DNA of 64,000 bases. Source: Ministeria vibrans ATCC 50519. Its lineage: Eukaryota > Protista > Filasterea. The DNA is taken from positions 38,190 through 102,189 of the forward strand of contig CALSCP010002018.1 in assembly GCA_943704425.1 (NCBI GenBank), read 5' to 3'. Under the pieces are notes generated by a model. It was not told the DNA's origin and did no database searches. It was given only the letters and a program-made list of their open reading frames with translations. Each line of letters opens with the position of its first letter. Position 1 is the first letter of the stretch. A program made the position numbers and the translations under genes. This document shows positions 1-13,451 of the stretch, one piece after another.

Positions 1-3000
1 CAAATCGTAGCACCACTGCGAGAGGCTCGCAGCCTCACCGCGACACACGACTCCGTGGGCATTGCTTGGACTCGAGTCGCGCACTAGAACCCCACGCCCC
101 TCATTGAGCGGCCAGCAGGCAACGACGCCTGGCTGCGAGCCAGTGGCAAAGCGCCGGCTGTCGCGCAGCACGTCGGCTGCCGAACGGGCAACCTTCCACA
201 CGGCGACGTGGCCAATAGAGCCGTGGAATCCGGCGCCAATGCACGACACGGAGGTACTGCGCGCACGTTCGACAAGTTCGACGCCACCGGAGCTCTCTGT
301 GGTGGCACCTGCGACAAGGACTCCGTTGCGATAGAGTGACCAAGGGCTGTCGGGGCCCTTGGAGACGGCGGCCCAGTGCACCCAGCCGCACAGCTCGGTT
401 TCGGCCGTCGAGGCGAATCGCAGCGCCGAGCGACCGTGCGTGCTGTTGTTGCGTTCGGCGCCCACAATGAAACCCTTGATCTCGAGGGAGAGATCACGAT
501 GACGAAACACAGTCGCCGTGTGCGCTGACGCGGACGCGGCATCGAAACGCAGCCACGCCGAGATGGTGATGGGTCCGCGCGAGAGCGTGTCTGGCAGACT
601 CGCGCCGTTGAAGCGCACAAAGTTCTTGGACTCACCCGTGAAGGTGTAGCCTGCGGCGGCAAGTGACGGATCGGGCGAGGTGCCCACGTCGGGAGCGGTG
701 ATGCGGGACGGGATCAACGACAAACTGCGTTCGTCGGTGAGATGCGAACCGCCTGGGCCAGTGCGGGGCACAATGCGCATGACAGACACGTCGGTAGGCT
801 TCCACTGGAGTGCCCAGGCGGCAAGACCGTCGCCGACAATGCACAGAAGAGAACGGTCGTGAAGATCGAGGCCCCCGATGTTGCTGAGGCTCGACGGGTT
901 GTGCACCGAGAGAATTTTGTCGCGCGGCTGCAGACGATAGAGAAACTCGCCGTCGAGTGCCAATGTTGTGTTGGGGTCCACGTCGAATTCTTCGTTGACA
1001 CGCGCCTCGTCGTCGACATGGGCGGTCGTCGAGCTGCCGAGACGTACTGAGATGAGACCCTGAGTGGCAGTGACGACAAAGGCGTCGTGCCCAAGGGACG
1101 CAATGGCGAGCACATCGTGAAGCGGGTGTGACAGCTGCCACTGGCGCAGGGTGGGATCCCAGGGCGAACGAAGAGGGGCATACGCTGCCTTGCGCGCAAA
1201 CTGATGGAGCGGCTCGGTGAGAGCCAGACGAGACTTGGACGAGGAGGTGGCGGCGGAGGCTGAGGAAGGGGCGTTGCTGTTGCCGGAGTTTGTGGTGAGC
1301 AAGAGGGATGCGACGCTGACCAAGTCGCGAAGACGACCACGCACAAGAGCAAGACGCACACTCTGGTCGAGTGCACCGGTACTTGCAAGGAATAGAGCCA
1401 GTTTGTCGAGCATCTCGTCGGAAGGCAGCGGGGTGGAATGAGTGCGGCCAGGCATGGCGGACGACGACGACGACAACGCAAACGAGTGTGGGGCAGACAG
1501 AGCACGGAGCCAGCGGGCCGTCAGCGCATGAAGGTGGCGCAACATCTTGGGGTCCACTTGGTCAATGGTGGTCTGCTGAAACAGCATGGTGAACGCGAGC
1601 TCGGCTGAGAAGGCATCCGTCGAAAGGGTGGATGTATCTGTGTCGCTGTCGCTGTCGTCCGAGTCGTCGTCGTCGTCACCACGTGTCTGCTCTGTCCCTT
1701 TACCGGAAGAAGACACACCACTGCCAGTCGCACCGCTAGCCGTTGTGGCAGTGGATGAACTTGCGAGTGTTTCGGCCGTCGAAACGAGCTCCTTGACGAC
1801 AGCGGACGCGACATCGTTGGCCACCTGTGAGCGGCGGGTGGCCAGGTCCTCGTACGCGCCAATGTCGTGTTCTGTGTTGAGCGAGTCAACATGAAGCATG
1901 TCGCGCAAGCTGTGGAGCTCGTCGGCAATGCGTGTACGGCTCTTGGTGGTGTGTACCGCCGTGGGGTCGACAAAGACGGGCTCGAAATTTTGGAAGAAAT
2001 GTAAGCCACGCAGGGGTTCGAGTCCATCGGCGTCCTCTGCAAGAAGAGTCGTGTCGAAGAGACGACGCATGGAGAAGGACGAGGCGACGGGTTCTTTGGC
2101 GCCACCAATAGCGTGCAGCGTGTGACGACGACGGCGTTGTTGCGAATCATTGTGTCGACCCGAACCACTGTCAGAGTTGCGCTGGCGCGAGGAGGAACGC
2201 TGCTGCTGCTGTTGTTGTTGTTGCTGCTGCTGCTGTCGAGACTGCGCACCACTCTCGCTGCGGGTGCTGTTGGTGCTGTCCTGACGGCGGCGTTGCTGAG
2301 TGGGTCCGCCGTTGCCCGACGACGCAGTACGATTCCGACTTCGACCGGTCCTTGAGTCTCGCGAAGCCCCATCATCATCATCGTCATCATCATCACCATC
2401 ACCATCACCATCATCATCATCGGCATCGTCGTCGTTGTCGTCATCGTCGCCAGCCCCGCCGGCGTCGTCCTCCTGCCCAGCACGCCCGTTGTTGCTGTCA
2501 TCGCCGTTCGCTTCTGCGCGATTGGTCGTCCCTTGGCCCTCGTCGTCGTCGTTGTCCCCGCCTCCTTCGCTGTTGGACATCACTACGCTAAGCACCAACT
2601 GTACGATTGAAAAGCGGAGGTTATCAGTGAAAGTGGGATATGAAAAAGGTCAAAAAAAAAACGAGAAAAAAAAAAAAAAAAAAAAAAAAGAGTAACGTAC
2701 AGTACACTCGTTCAGTGCTGCTGCTGTCGCAGTTCGCTTCTCAGACAGCTCTTGCATATTTGACTGTATCACAAAAGAGAAACAAAAATTGAGCACAGAC
2801 CTCTCCTCTCTCTCTCTCTCTCTCTCCAACACGTCTTTTTTCTTTCCCCATCACTTTGTATGTACTCCCTCCTTTACTTTACCTTCAGATTGGACTCGCA
2901 TAGATATCTCTCATCTTCAAGCAACACAATGCTCTCCTTGAGACGGTAGTTCTCAGTGAGCAGTGCGACTCGCTCATCAGTGTCGCTCTCCGGTTTGCTC

Positions 3001-4523
3001 TCGTGCGACTGATTGTGGCTGTGCGAGTTGTTGGGATTGTTGTTGCTGTGTTGGTGAGGGGGGTTGTTTGAATTGGAGGTGTCTGTGCTGGCTTCCACCA
3101 GTGCCTCCCGGTCCCGACGGAAGTGGTGCTCGCCGCGTGCACGGTAAAAGTCCACTTGACGCTCTAACCTGCGCAGCGAGTCGATCATCTTGGCTTCGTT
3201 TCCTGCAACAAGCACTGGCGGCTCGCCCACCGACTCGTACTCCCCGACAATGTCTGACAGGCGCGCCAGTGTTACTGCAAGCTCACGTGACACCGCGTAC
3301 GCCTCGGCAAGCGCCGCAATCGCCACATGGGCATCATCCGGTACCATCACCACGCGATCGCCCAGCACCCCACCACTACTACCACCACCCGCGCCACCAC
3401 CAGACCCACTCGACGACGCACTGACCATCATCGACACACTGCGCCCTCCTTTGTCCTTCTTGTACAGCGACCCTGTCTTACTAGCCCCAGTAATGCCTCC
3501 TCCACTTGCACTGTGGCCACCAACACTACTACTGATCGAGTAGGTTCCACCAGCATTGCGCACGGCAATCTCCGTGTCGCGCACACTCACTACCTCCTTG
3601 CCACCAACCGACTTGCGCACAGGCTTCCGTCGTACCACACCATCCTCTTCGACAACAACACGCCCGCGCACAGCATGATGCGTCACATTCTGCGTCGACT
3701 CCACCACATCAACCCCAAACTGGAATTCGTCGCTCGTCGTAAGCTCCACCGCTTCGCTCACTTTAAGCGACTCAGCCAGTCGTCGCCCGTTCACAAACGT
3801 CCCGTTGCTACTCTTTGTGTCCCGCACAAACAGCCGTGCATCTTCAATCCACAGCTCAGCATGAGCTCGTGACAACACTGGAGGGGAAAAGATGTGTGTC
3901 AATATAATTATTATAATTATAATTAAAAAAAATTAATAAAGAACACAGCTCATAATTACAATAATAATAATATAAACAAGAGAGTTGGACAATTCATTGC
4001 AAACGAAATCATTTATACCTTTGCTGTCAAACATGGCGTTGTCTTCGGCCGGTTTGGGCTTGCCTACGCTCCGACCCACTTTGATGATTTGCTGTGGTCG
4101 GAACTGAAGTCGGCGTGTCTGAAAGGCGCCCTCATCGCGCGGCTCAAGATAAATGACAAGGGCGGAGGGTGAGTGAGTCGGCGTGGATACTTCTTCCTTG
4201 GGGATCGTTGGTGGAGTGACCAGCGGAGTGGCCGCCGGGGCATTCTCCGCCACGGTGGCTCGTGCGGCAGAGATGCCCGTCGAGGACAACTCGTGGGCTG
4301 TGGCAGCGGGGTCTTCTTGGAGTGTGGCAAGCGAGGCAGAGCGCTCGCGTCCGGTCTCACAGTCTTCGCTGGTAGTGCGTGTCTGCGTGTCGCTCTCAGA
4401 GCTCTCGCGTGGCTCATCTTCGGTTCGGTCTCTGTCGTCGCCGCCGTCTACACCAAAGGGCGTCGACTCGCCATCGGGGATGGGCGTTGATCCTGGCTCT
4501 ATGTGGACGTACGGCGTCAGCAT
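1..4523 (-). CDS. SLMAP/Far10-like FHA-domain protein with coiled coil, low-complexity linker and C-terminal LamG/ConA-like domain; runs to the window edge
   Basis: Exons 4523-4019, 3877-2883, 2763-2701 and 2598-1 join in frame through GT-AG introns. FHA motifs KVGRS...FDSKVLSRAHAELW...VRDTKSSNGTFVNG are of the SLMAP type. The last exon appears to be an open frame of 866 codons (absent from the ORF track because no stop is reached), ending TISAWLRF...WVHWAAV...LYRNGVLV...GSIGHVAVWKVAR...ACWPLNEG. The start codon is uncertain; an upstream exon may lie at 5112-5043. Confidence 0.8.
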
Positions 4524-6282
4524 TGGCAATTCGTTCAAACGCGCGATAGGAACAGGAGAGACGGAAAAACACATCCGAATCTACGAATCTTGCAGTACGG
4601 AAAAACGTCGCCCAGGGCAAAAGGGAGGAGAATGCCAGAGAGAAACGGGGCCAGACCATCGGTTCAGTACAAAAAAAAAGCATTTGGACGAGCAACAAAA
4701 AAGGAGGTCCACAGACGCAGGATGCCTGCTTGGGGTGGCGGGGAAGCATCAAGAGAGCAGGAGGGTTGTGTGGGGGCGGGATAGGGGCGCGACAGGGGAC
4801 GAGAGAGACAGAGAGAGACAGAGAGAGAGAGATGAAGTTGTGACTTTGGGACTCCTTTGCATCATTGCCCAAAGCAAAGGAGGAGTCCAAGCACCACTGC
4901 AGCAAAGTGGAGGAGGGAGAGGGCGGAGGGGAGTGAGGCCTGCGGCGACGCCCCCAAGCGAGTGCGTCACTTGCTCTACAGCCCGTCAACTTTGACGTGG
5001 CCCTTTTTTTTTCCTCTTCCATTCTGTCGAAAGCCCTCATACCTGCACTCTGAGTGGTGTCGTCCATCCGAGATACTCTCAAAGGGGGCGGTCGAGCTAA
5101 TCGAGAGCTCATTGCCAACAAAATATTTGTAATTAAATTTTCTTATAAAAATATGAACAAGAATTATTTGACATTTTGAGTTACTCTGACCATCAATCAT
5201 CTGTTCCATTTGCCATCATCAGTCTTTTTCAGCAACTGGCCTCTTCTCCCCCTCCCCATTTTAGGTCCTGCCCCTGTAGCTTTTGCCCCTCCAACCCCAT
5301 TGGTACATACACATATGCTTGTCGTCTTCGAGAGTCTTCTTGGTGTGTTTCATTTTTTGTTTGACAGCTCGAGTGGAAATGTCTCTTTTGAAGCAAACTC
5401 GAGCGGGATCGTCGCGCAATCCCACAGATCATCTACACACCTACCATAAAAGCACATTGTATGCAATAGTAGCGTGCGCAATGATGTGTGACGAAGCTTT
5501 TATTTTTGAAAAACCTAAAAGTTTGCCGTCGTTTTTTGACACTTCATCACTCGCGCGCCATTTTGCCTCGCTGTTGCCTCCTCTCTTGCACTATGGCCTT
5601 TATATATGTGCACGTCGGCATCCCCTTGCGTTGTATTGGCTCAAAATCCCCGTCCTGCTCCGTATCCAAGGACAAACTTTCAACTCCTCAAGTGCCCTTC
5701 GAAAATGCACACAAACAGAGCATCATCGGCCGTATTTGCATTAAATACGCTTATGGTGAACATACTTGTGTATCTTCACACGTAATTGTGTCACAGATGG
5801 TGCAAGTGTGGCGCTCATTTGGTTGTGGCGACGAAATTTTCGTTTTGCGCAAAATTCCGACGTCATCCGCAAACAATATCCAGCTCCATTGATCTCCATG
5901 AATCGCGCACTTGGCTGTATATGGGAGTATACACCCAGTTTCACTGTCTTGTGTCAAAGAATTTTCTTTGGAACAACCAGAGCAGCCGGTTTGGGGGGCA
6001 TGCAGAGAAGCGGGATGTTCAGGGCATTTTGTGCTTTTTAGCTTTTTAGCGGGTCGTTTTGATGGTGTTGCTTGCTTGCATGTCACTTAATATTACCTCT
6101 TGAACAAGTTTTCTTGCCACTTTTTCTCGCGCTCGACGCAGATTTGTTAATATTTTCGTTGTTTGTCGCCACTTTTTTTTTACCATTTCGTCACGTTTCG
6201 AAAAGAATCCGCAAGCTCTTATCTTCAAGCATTCTCTACAGTTTCTTATGATACACAGTCGTTGTATTCACTCACTTACTCA

Positions 6283-6318
<36 letters not shown>

Positions 6319-6355
6319 TTGCCGCACAGATCAAACTTATTCATCACCATCAATC

Positions 6356-7785
6356 ATGTCCTTCCCTACGCGCGTTGTCGACATGCTCAGTAAATTTGCC
6401 ACCGACCAGGTGGCCCACGCCCCCTTGACACGCAATGTGCTTGGAGACGCGCGCAGTGCGGCAAACGCCGCCAACTCGCTTGTGCACCCGACGGCGGCGC
6501 ACAAACGTCAGGCGCTTGGTGACATTGGCAACAAGCAGAAGCGACTCGACACGGGCGCGACTAAACGCCACGTCGTGCGCGGTACTTCTGCTGTGCCCAG
6601 AGCTTATACTACTTCGACGACGTCCGTGGCGACGCGTGCAGCTGCTCGCAAGCCAACCACGCGCACCGCGCCAAAATCGTCGACGAGTGCTGCAGCCTCA
6701 GCCGCACTTGCAAGTGCGCTTGCAGACGCGACTGTGCCCGATGTGCACATGGACACAAGCGAAGACACAGTGGCGGAGACTGCCACAGGATTCAGTTCGG
6801 AGATGCTTCGGGCGGCGGGCATTGAGGATATTGACTCGGCCGACTCGGAGAACCCCCAACTTGTGTCGGAGTACGTCAGCGAGATCTACGAGCACCTGTG
6901 GGCGCAAGAGATCACCTACAAGATCAATCCAACCTTTCTCAGCAAGCAGAAGCACATCACGAGCAAGATGCGCTCCGTGCTGCTTGACTGGATCGTCGAC
7001 GTCCACTACAAGTTCAAACTGTGCCCGGAAACACTCTACCTCACAGTCAACCTTATCGATCGCTCTCTCGAGGTAAAAATAGAAGAAGAAAAAAGTCAGT
7101 AGAAGAGGTGCTGACAGAAAAAAAAAACGCAGGTGATTGCAGTAGCGACAAAAAACTTGCAGCTGCTGGGAGTGGCGTGCATGCTGCTGGCGAGCAAGTA
7201 TGAGGAGATCTACACGCCCGAGCTGCGCGACTTTATCTACATTTCGGACAATGCGTACAGCAAAGACGACATTCTGGAGATGGAGACGCTTGTACTGAGC
7301 AAGTTGCAGTTCAACCTTGGCGCACCGCAGCCGCTACACTTCCTGCGACGCGATAGCAAGGCAGCGGGTGTCGACGCAAAGACGCACACCATGGCCAAGT
7401 ACCTCATGGAACTATCGCTGCTCTCCTACGACATGTGCCAGTTTAAGGCCAGTGAGATTGCCGCTGCGTCGCTGTGGACCGCCATGAAAATGCTGCAGAG
7501 CGGCACGTGGACTCCCACAGTTGAGCACTACAGCCGCTACAGCGAGCACGCCATTGGCCCGTGCGTCTCTGCCCTTGCCGTCCTCGTTGACCGCGCTCCT
7601 AAAGCCTACGCCGACGATAAACCCGCTCGTGTAAGTCGTTTTTTGTCGTATTCTCTTTTTCTTCATCTGACAATTTTGCCTTGCTTTTTTTTTAGTCCGT
7701 GTTTGCAAAGTACAAGAACCCAAAGTTGTTCAAAGTGTCGCGCATTGCGGAAGAGTATGCCCGGTCAAACCGACTCGCACACTAA
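6356..7785 (+). CDS. CCNB: G2/mitotic cyclin B
   Basis: Exons 6356-7072, 7133-7630, 7696-7785. D-box RQALGDIGN; cyclin box MRSVLLDWIVDVHYKFKLCPETLYLTVNLIDR; LQLLGVACMLLASKYEEIY; LHFLRR..KA; C-terminal SVFAKYK..KLFKVS. Confidence 0.96.
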
Positions 7786-7894
7786 AACGGTCAAAAAGAA
7801 CAACAGAAAAACTCGATGGTGTGTTCCGTTTTAATTATGTAACAGGCGAATAAACATGATTTCATGTGCAAAAGAAGCAAAAAGAATAAGTTTA

Positions 7895-10800
7895 TTACAT
7901 TCGACGTTGAGAAAATTCGGGAGCCGATGCACCAGCGCCAAAAGCAGAAGAAGAAGAAGACCCAAAGGATGACTGGGAAGCAGTGCCAAAGGCACCAAAG
8001 CCACTTTGCTGCTGCTGCTGCGGCTGCTGCGGCTGTCCAAAAGCAGTAGAAGACCCAAACCCACCGCCACCGCCAAAAGCACTGGAGGGCCCTGCGCCAA
8101 ATCCTCCGCTGCTTTGATTCGCCGCCACCGCGCCAAATCCTCCACTGCCTTGACTCGCTGCCACCGCGCCAAACCCGCCTGTACTGCGAGACGACGATGA
8201 GGCGCCAAAGGGCGTGGCTGTCTGCGCCTGACTCGCTAGCGCGCCAAACCCACCACCACCACCACCACTGGTTGCCGATGCAGCTCCCTTGCCAAAGACA
8301 CCCGAGGTGCTCCCCCCTGTACCCGCTACACTGCCAAATGTCTTTGGAGGCGACGCAGCACCACCACCAAAGGCAGGCGCAGAGCCAAATGCAGGAGCAG
8401 AGCCAAACGCTGGAGCAGAGCCAAATGCAGAAGCAGAGCCAAGCGTAGGCGACGCGCCGAATGCAGGAGAGGAGCCAAAAGCAGGGGAGGAGCCAAAGGC
8501 CGGGGAGGCTCCAAACGCAGAGGGCGACTTGGTGAAGCCGGTAGAGACAGCGGCGGGAGCGGCGGGACTAGCTCCAAAAGCCGGTTGAGAGGCCCCAAAG
8601 GCAGGTTTCGCGGCGGCGGTGGATGCTGCTGCTGTGGTTGTTGATGTCGCTGCTGTGGAGGTACCAAATGCAAGCTTGGACCCAAACTGTGGGGCTGAGC
8701 TGCCAAAGCCACCTGGTGCGGTCGATTTCGCTGTGGTTGATGCTGAGGACGCAGACAGGGTCGCACTGCCAAAGACGGGCTGGGTTGCGGTCTTGCCGGT
8801 GGCCCAGGAAGGCGCACCTGAGGCCGACAGAGACGAAAAGGACTTGGTCGGAGCAGAGGCAGTCGTACTGCTGCCACTTGTTGCTGTGGTAGCGGTGGTG
8901 GTAGCAGGAAAGAGAGACGATGGAGCCGCAGTCGACGATGGAGCCGCAGTCGACGCTGCAGTAGTCGGTGAACACACCTTGAGGTCGCCAAAGAGATCGC
9001 CGGCGTCGACGTCATCGCCGTTGGCATTCTCGTCGGTAGCATCAGCGGTATTGTTTTCGTCGAGAACAGCAGCGTCGCCATCGTCGTTGTCGTTGTCGTC
9101 AACGACGTCGTCAATGACGGGGGTTGAAGGGGTAGTGCTTTGATTGTTGTTGTCGTCGTCGTCGTCTTCATCGTCAAAGGTGAGTTTGCGCGGAAGCCCT
9201 TCAATGTCGTGGACTTCATCGTCGTCATCATCATCATCGTCGTTGCCATCGCCCACAGTTACACTTGCAGCAGTACCATCGTCGTGAATGGCAACGGTCT
9301 TTTTGTCTTCCTCTGATGATGTAGCCGGCGGTGCCACAGACGCCATCGACGTTGACGTGGACGGTTTCAGAAGCGACGTTGTTGCAGTGGCATCAGACCC
9401 ACTCGTTGCGTTTGTGGACGGTGCTGCTGCTGTGGTGGTGGTGGTGGTGGTTGGCTTGAATAAAAAGGTAGGTGCAGCCGAGGTGGTTGAGACTGAGCTT
9501 GTTGGAGCTGCGGCCGTGGTGGTCGATGGTGGTTTCAGAACAAAGGCAGGTTTTGCCGCTGAGGACGAGGGCGCTGCTGAGGCCGTCGATGGCTTAAGGG
9601 TGAACGCTGGTGCCGCTGCAGGCAAAGTTGCTGATGCAGATGTTGCCGTAGTTGCCGTAGTTGGTGTGGCTGTTGTCGTGGGCTTGAGGGAGAACACTGG
9701 TGTCGACGTGGTTTGTGCGGTCGTTGAGGTTGGAACGGTGGTAGAGGGCGTCGTTAATGTGGATGAGGCGAGTTTGAGACCAAAAGGAGCTGTCGAGGAG
9801 GAGGCTGCAGCGGACGCGGGGACTGTTGATCCCGTTGAGGAGGTAGTGGAAGTAGCAGCGTCAGTCAGAGGCTTGAGCGCAAAGGGAGCGGGCGCAGTCG
9901 CATGACTAAGAGGTTTAAAAGAAAGGGTAGTGGAAGTTGCTGCTGTCCCTGCTGCCGATGATACTGCAACAGTAGGGAATGAGGGAGGGGCAGATGCGGA
10001 GGAGGATGAGGAGGGTGCGGGTGAGGCGGGAGGGATGCCGCCCTTGAGCGACGCAAATCCAGAAGTAGACGATGAGGTGGTGGTCACGGGCGCACTCGAC
10101 TGGGACAGTTGCTTGGAGGGCATGAGAAAGGGGCGCGTCTTGGCCGTGTCCAGTGACAGCAACGGTGGACCCCCACCACCACCACTATGATTATTTGTAA
10201 TAGTACTACTACTACCTGATGTAGCAGCTGTGGTGGTTGTCGTGGAGAAAGTGTCTGGTGCAGCAGCGATAGGTGCAGCGGTGGGAGTGTGCGAGATTGG
10301 TGAGGATGGAGGTGAGAATTCGCGTTTGAGTCGAGGCGAAGCACTAGAGAAGAAGGCAGTGGATTGCTCGGCTTTGGTGACAAGTGGAGTCGAAGTGACT
10401 TTCGACGGTGGAGGCGGCTTGGGACGCAAACGGGGTGATGCGTGGCGCAGTGTACGATGTTGGTCCATGAGATCGCGCAGGAGATCGACACGAGCAGGTG
10501 ACACGATTGAAACGTTGTTGGGGACGGAGGCGCTGTCGCGATTGGCCGAGGGCAGAGTTGGAGTAGCGGCACGCGACGAGAGCGATGACTGGGCTGCAAA
10601 GGCGAGAGCCGGTGTCGAGGAGTCGGTGAGACCACGGGCGGACATCTCACGCACGAGCGTCTTGACACGCTGAGCCATTTTCCCAGCAATAATTTGGTTA
10701 GAATGCAGTGTTGCAAAGATTGTCTGTGCAGTTGGGCGATTGCGCTGTTGCGTCTGGTGAAAGCCCTGGCGATGCTGTTGCAACGCCGTCTCGTAGCGGT

Positions 10801-13451
10801 CGTCGAGCTCCTGAAGGATGTCGTCCTGCAGTGTGCGCACGGCGTTGATACGCGCGCGGATGGAGTCACGAAGACGCACTGATTCTGGGTCAAGACTGCG
10901 CTTTTGGAGCATCAAGCGGAAGACTGGGTCGTTGCGTTGCTGCGCGAGAAGACGCGCTTCTTCGCTGCCCGACAGACCCTTGAAGAGCTCTTCGGTAAGC
11001 GAGTCCATGTCTTCGCGCAGCGACTGTACATTCTCCTGAAGACTGCGGCATTCCGTAGCGAGCTCAGCTGTTTCGCGTGCTGTCGCGCGCGCCTTGGCGT
11101 TTAGTTCAGCAACCGTCTCGCCACTCTTCGAGCGAGCTGTGCCGTCGCTGCCGACAAGCTGTCGCAGTTGATCGAGCTCGCTCGAGAACTCTCTGACCTC
11201 CTTTTCAATCTGGGCCAGTGCTTTCGCCTTGACAGTTGAGGCAGAAGAAGAAGAGGAGGAGGAAGAAACAGCGGTGGTGGGAGCAGGTGCTTTTGTGGTG
11301 GGCATTGCTGTGGTGGGTGTTGCAGTTAGTGGAGCAGCAGGTTTGGCGGGGAGTGCAGCAGCGCTTGGGGTTGGAGCTGCTGCAGAAGATTGGGGGGTGA
11401 AAGGAGCACCAGTGGCGACGGTGCTGATTGGTGTTGTGGTGCTGGGTGCAGGGGTCACTTTGGGAGCGGTAGGCATTGACTTGAGTGTCAGAGGAGCGGA
11501 CGCTGTGTTTGCGGTGGTGGGCGCTGCTGCGGGTTTGAACATAAAAGGAGAAGAAGTTGTGGCTGCCACCGGTGCGGCTGCTGCCTTCGTTGCGACCGGC
11601 GCTGCTGCTCCTGCTGCTCCTGCTGCTGCTATTGGTGTTGTTGTTGTTGTCGTTAATGATGATGCCGTGGTTGGTTTGAAAGAGAAGGAAGGCGCGGAAG
11701 GAGTTGCAGTCGTCGTTGCAGTGGCGGCGGGCGTTGCTGATAACTTGAACGCAACGGGAGGCGTCGCAGTTGCCGTCGTCGCTGTTGTCGTCGGAGTCGA
11801 CGTGGTAGGCTTGAACGTAAAAGGAGCGGGTGTGGAGGGAGTTGTTGGAGTGACAGTGCCGGTAGTCGGTTTGAGTGAGAGGGAAGGCGAAGCAAGAGGT
11901 GCAGCTGCGGTTGCTGCCGTCGCTGGCTTGATTGCGGATTTTTCAGGGGGCGTGGGAAGGGGCTCAACGGCCGCAAGCATGTTAGGGTACTTGCGAGCGG
12001 CGTTGACACACGTGTCAACCATGGAAAAGACGGAAAGAGTGTCGTTGGAGGTGAGCATGATGAGACGGGGCGAAGGAGGACCGGTCGCCATGACAGACGG
12101 GTCGGCGGGCGACGGGAACGAGATGGGTTCGGAGGCAGTGTAGTCGATGGCAAGACCCACTGTGGTCGACATGCGACTGTCTGTTTCGTCGGGAGACACG
12201 TACATGACAGCGGTCGCCTGGCCCGTCTCGGGCAACTCCCATCTCTCCCAGAGAAGTCCGTCGGTGCTCTTGCCCAGCACAACCACATCTTGCGAGTCGT
12301 TGTGCGCGAGCACGACCACGGGCCAGTCGCGTGCACACACGGCGTGCACATAGTCGGCCTGCGTCGAGCCAAAGTCTTTGTAGAGAACATCCTCGAAATG
12401 GAAGTACTCTTGCTTGTCGTTGACCTTGTGCAAGACGCAAATTTTAGGATTGGGCAAGTCGTCGTCGTTGTCGTCGTCGTCGTTGCCGTCACTCTTGTCG
12501 GTGGGGCGTGCTTTTTGGCCATCTGATAACACCGGCGTGGTGTAGGCGACGGCAAACGAGTAGTTGCTGATCCACTGGATGGCGAGGACGAGGGGTGGAG
12601 GCCCTTCAAACTCGGGTGCGGAGTAGCGCGTTTGAAGGACAAATCCGTCGCGAAACGTTGTGAGCGATCCATCGCGACAGCCACACACATACTGCGATCC
12701 TTTGGGACTCCAGTCGACGGCAAGAACGGGTGCAAGCGTCGCTGGGGAGCGCATCAAGTGAGTGCACCCGCTGCCAGTGACACTCTCCCAAGTGTCGGCA
12801 ACCCCATCGGCCGATGCCGTCACAATGTAGCCCGACTTGGCCACGTGGGGGTTCCACTGGAAGGCAATGAAGGTTGACGCACGCGGATGGGCCAGACGAA
12901 AGCGCGGCTCGACTGTGGCGCCGTCGGCAACGCGTGCCAAATCGCGCAAATCCACAAAGAGAATCTCACCGCCCGCCACCACTGCAATGGTGGTCTGATC
13001 GGTCGACAGATGGATCATCGTGGGCGTTTCGGTGGTCTTGGGCAGCCCGGCGTGGACGAGCGACGCAGGCAAAGTGTACGTCTGGTTTCAAAAAAAAAAA
13101 AAAAAAAGATAAACGANNNNNNNNNNCAGTCGTCGAGGCGTAAGTATGCGCCGGGCAAAGATTAACAAACAAACGAAAAAACTTACACGAGCACAAATTG
13201 AAAGAAAAGCCTCTGGATTAATCTCACGGACCTGGAGCAACTGATCGCGTCTCTCGGACGGCATAGACTGCAATGGTAAGGGGGGAGATCAGGGTGAGTG
13301 AGGGTGGAGAGAGACGAGAGACGGCTCAGCGAAGAGACGCGAACATTACGGCTATGATTGAGCGTGCGGCGTGGTCGAAGTCGACGCCACCCGCCTCAAG
13401 CATCGCAATGATGTCCTGCGTCGAAGGACCTCCGTCCTCCTCGTCAGACAT
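7895..13451 (-). CDS. NUP214: Nup214/Nup159-like FG nucleoporin (N-terminal beta-propeller, coiled coil, FG repeats)
   Basis: The 1725 aa ORF has the propeller motif AVDWSPKGSQYVCG, a central coiled coil (LDPESVRLRDSIR), SPAFG and GGFG repeats, and the C-terminus FSQRRM. The probable first exon starts at 13451 (MSDEEDGG). The 5' part is interrupted by the N gap at 13117-13126. Confidence 0.9.

Noticed and set aside
714-2501. ORF-track proteins 1521..2501 and 714..1505 on the minus strand
   Set aside because: They are alternative frames of the open exon 2598-1.
2650-2700. Poly-Phe tail from intron retention as an SLMAP-like membrane anchor
   Set aside because: It derives from a homopolymer run in an ordinary intron and is too short for a TM helix; no supporting evidence.
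8370-8520. Regular 18-bp repeats as a CRISPR-like array
   Set aside because: They encode the SPAFG hexapeptide repeats of Nup214 and have no unique spacers.
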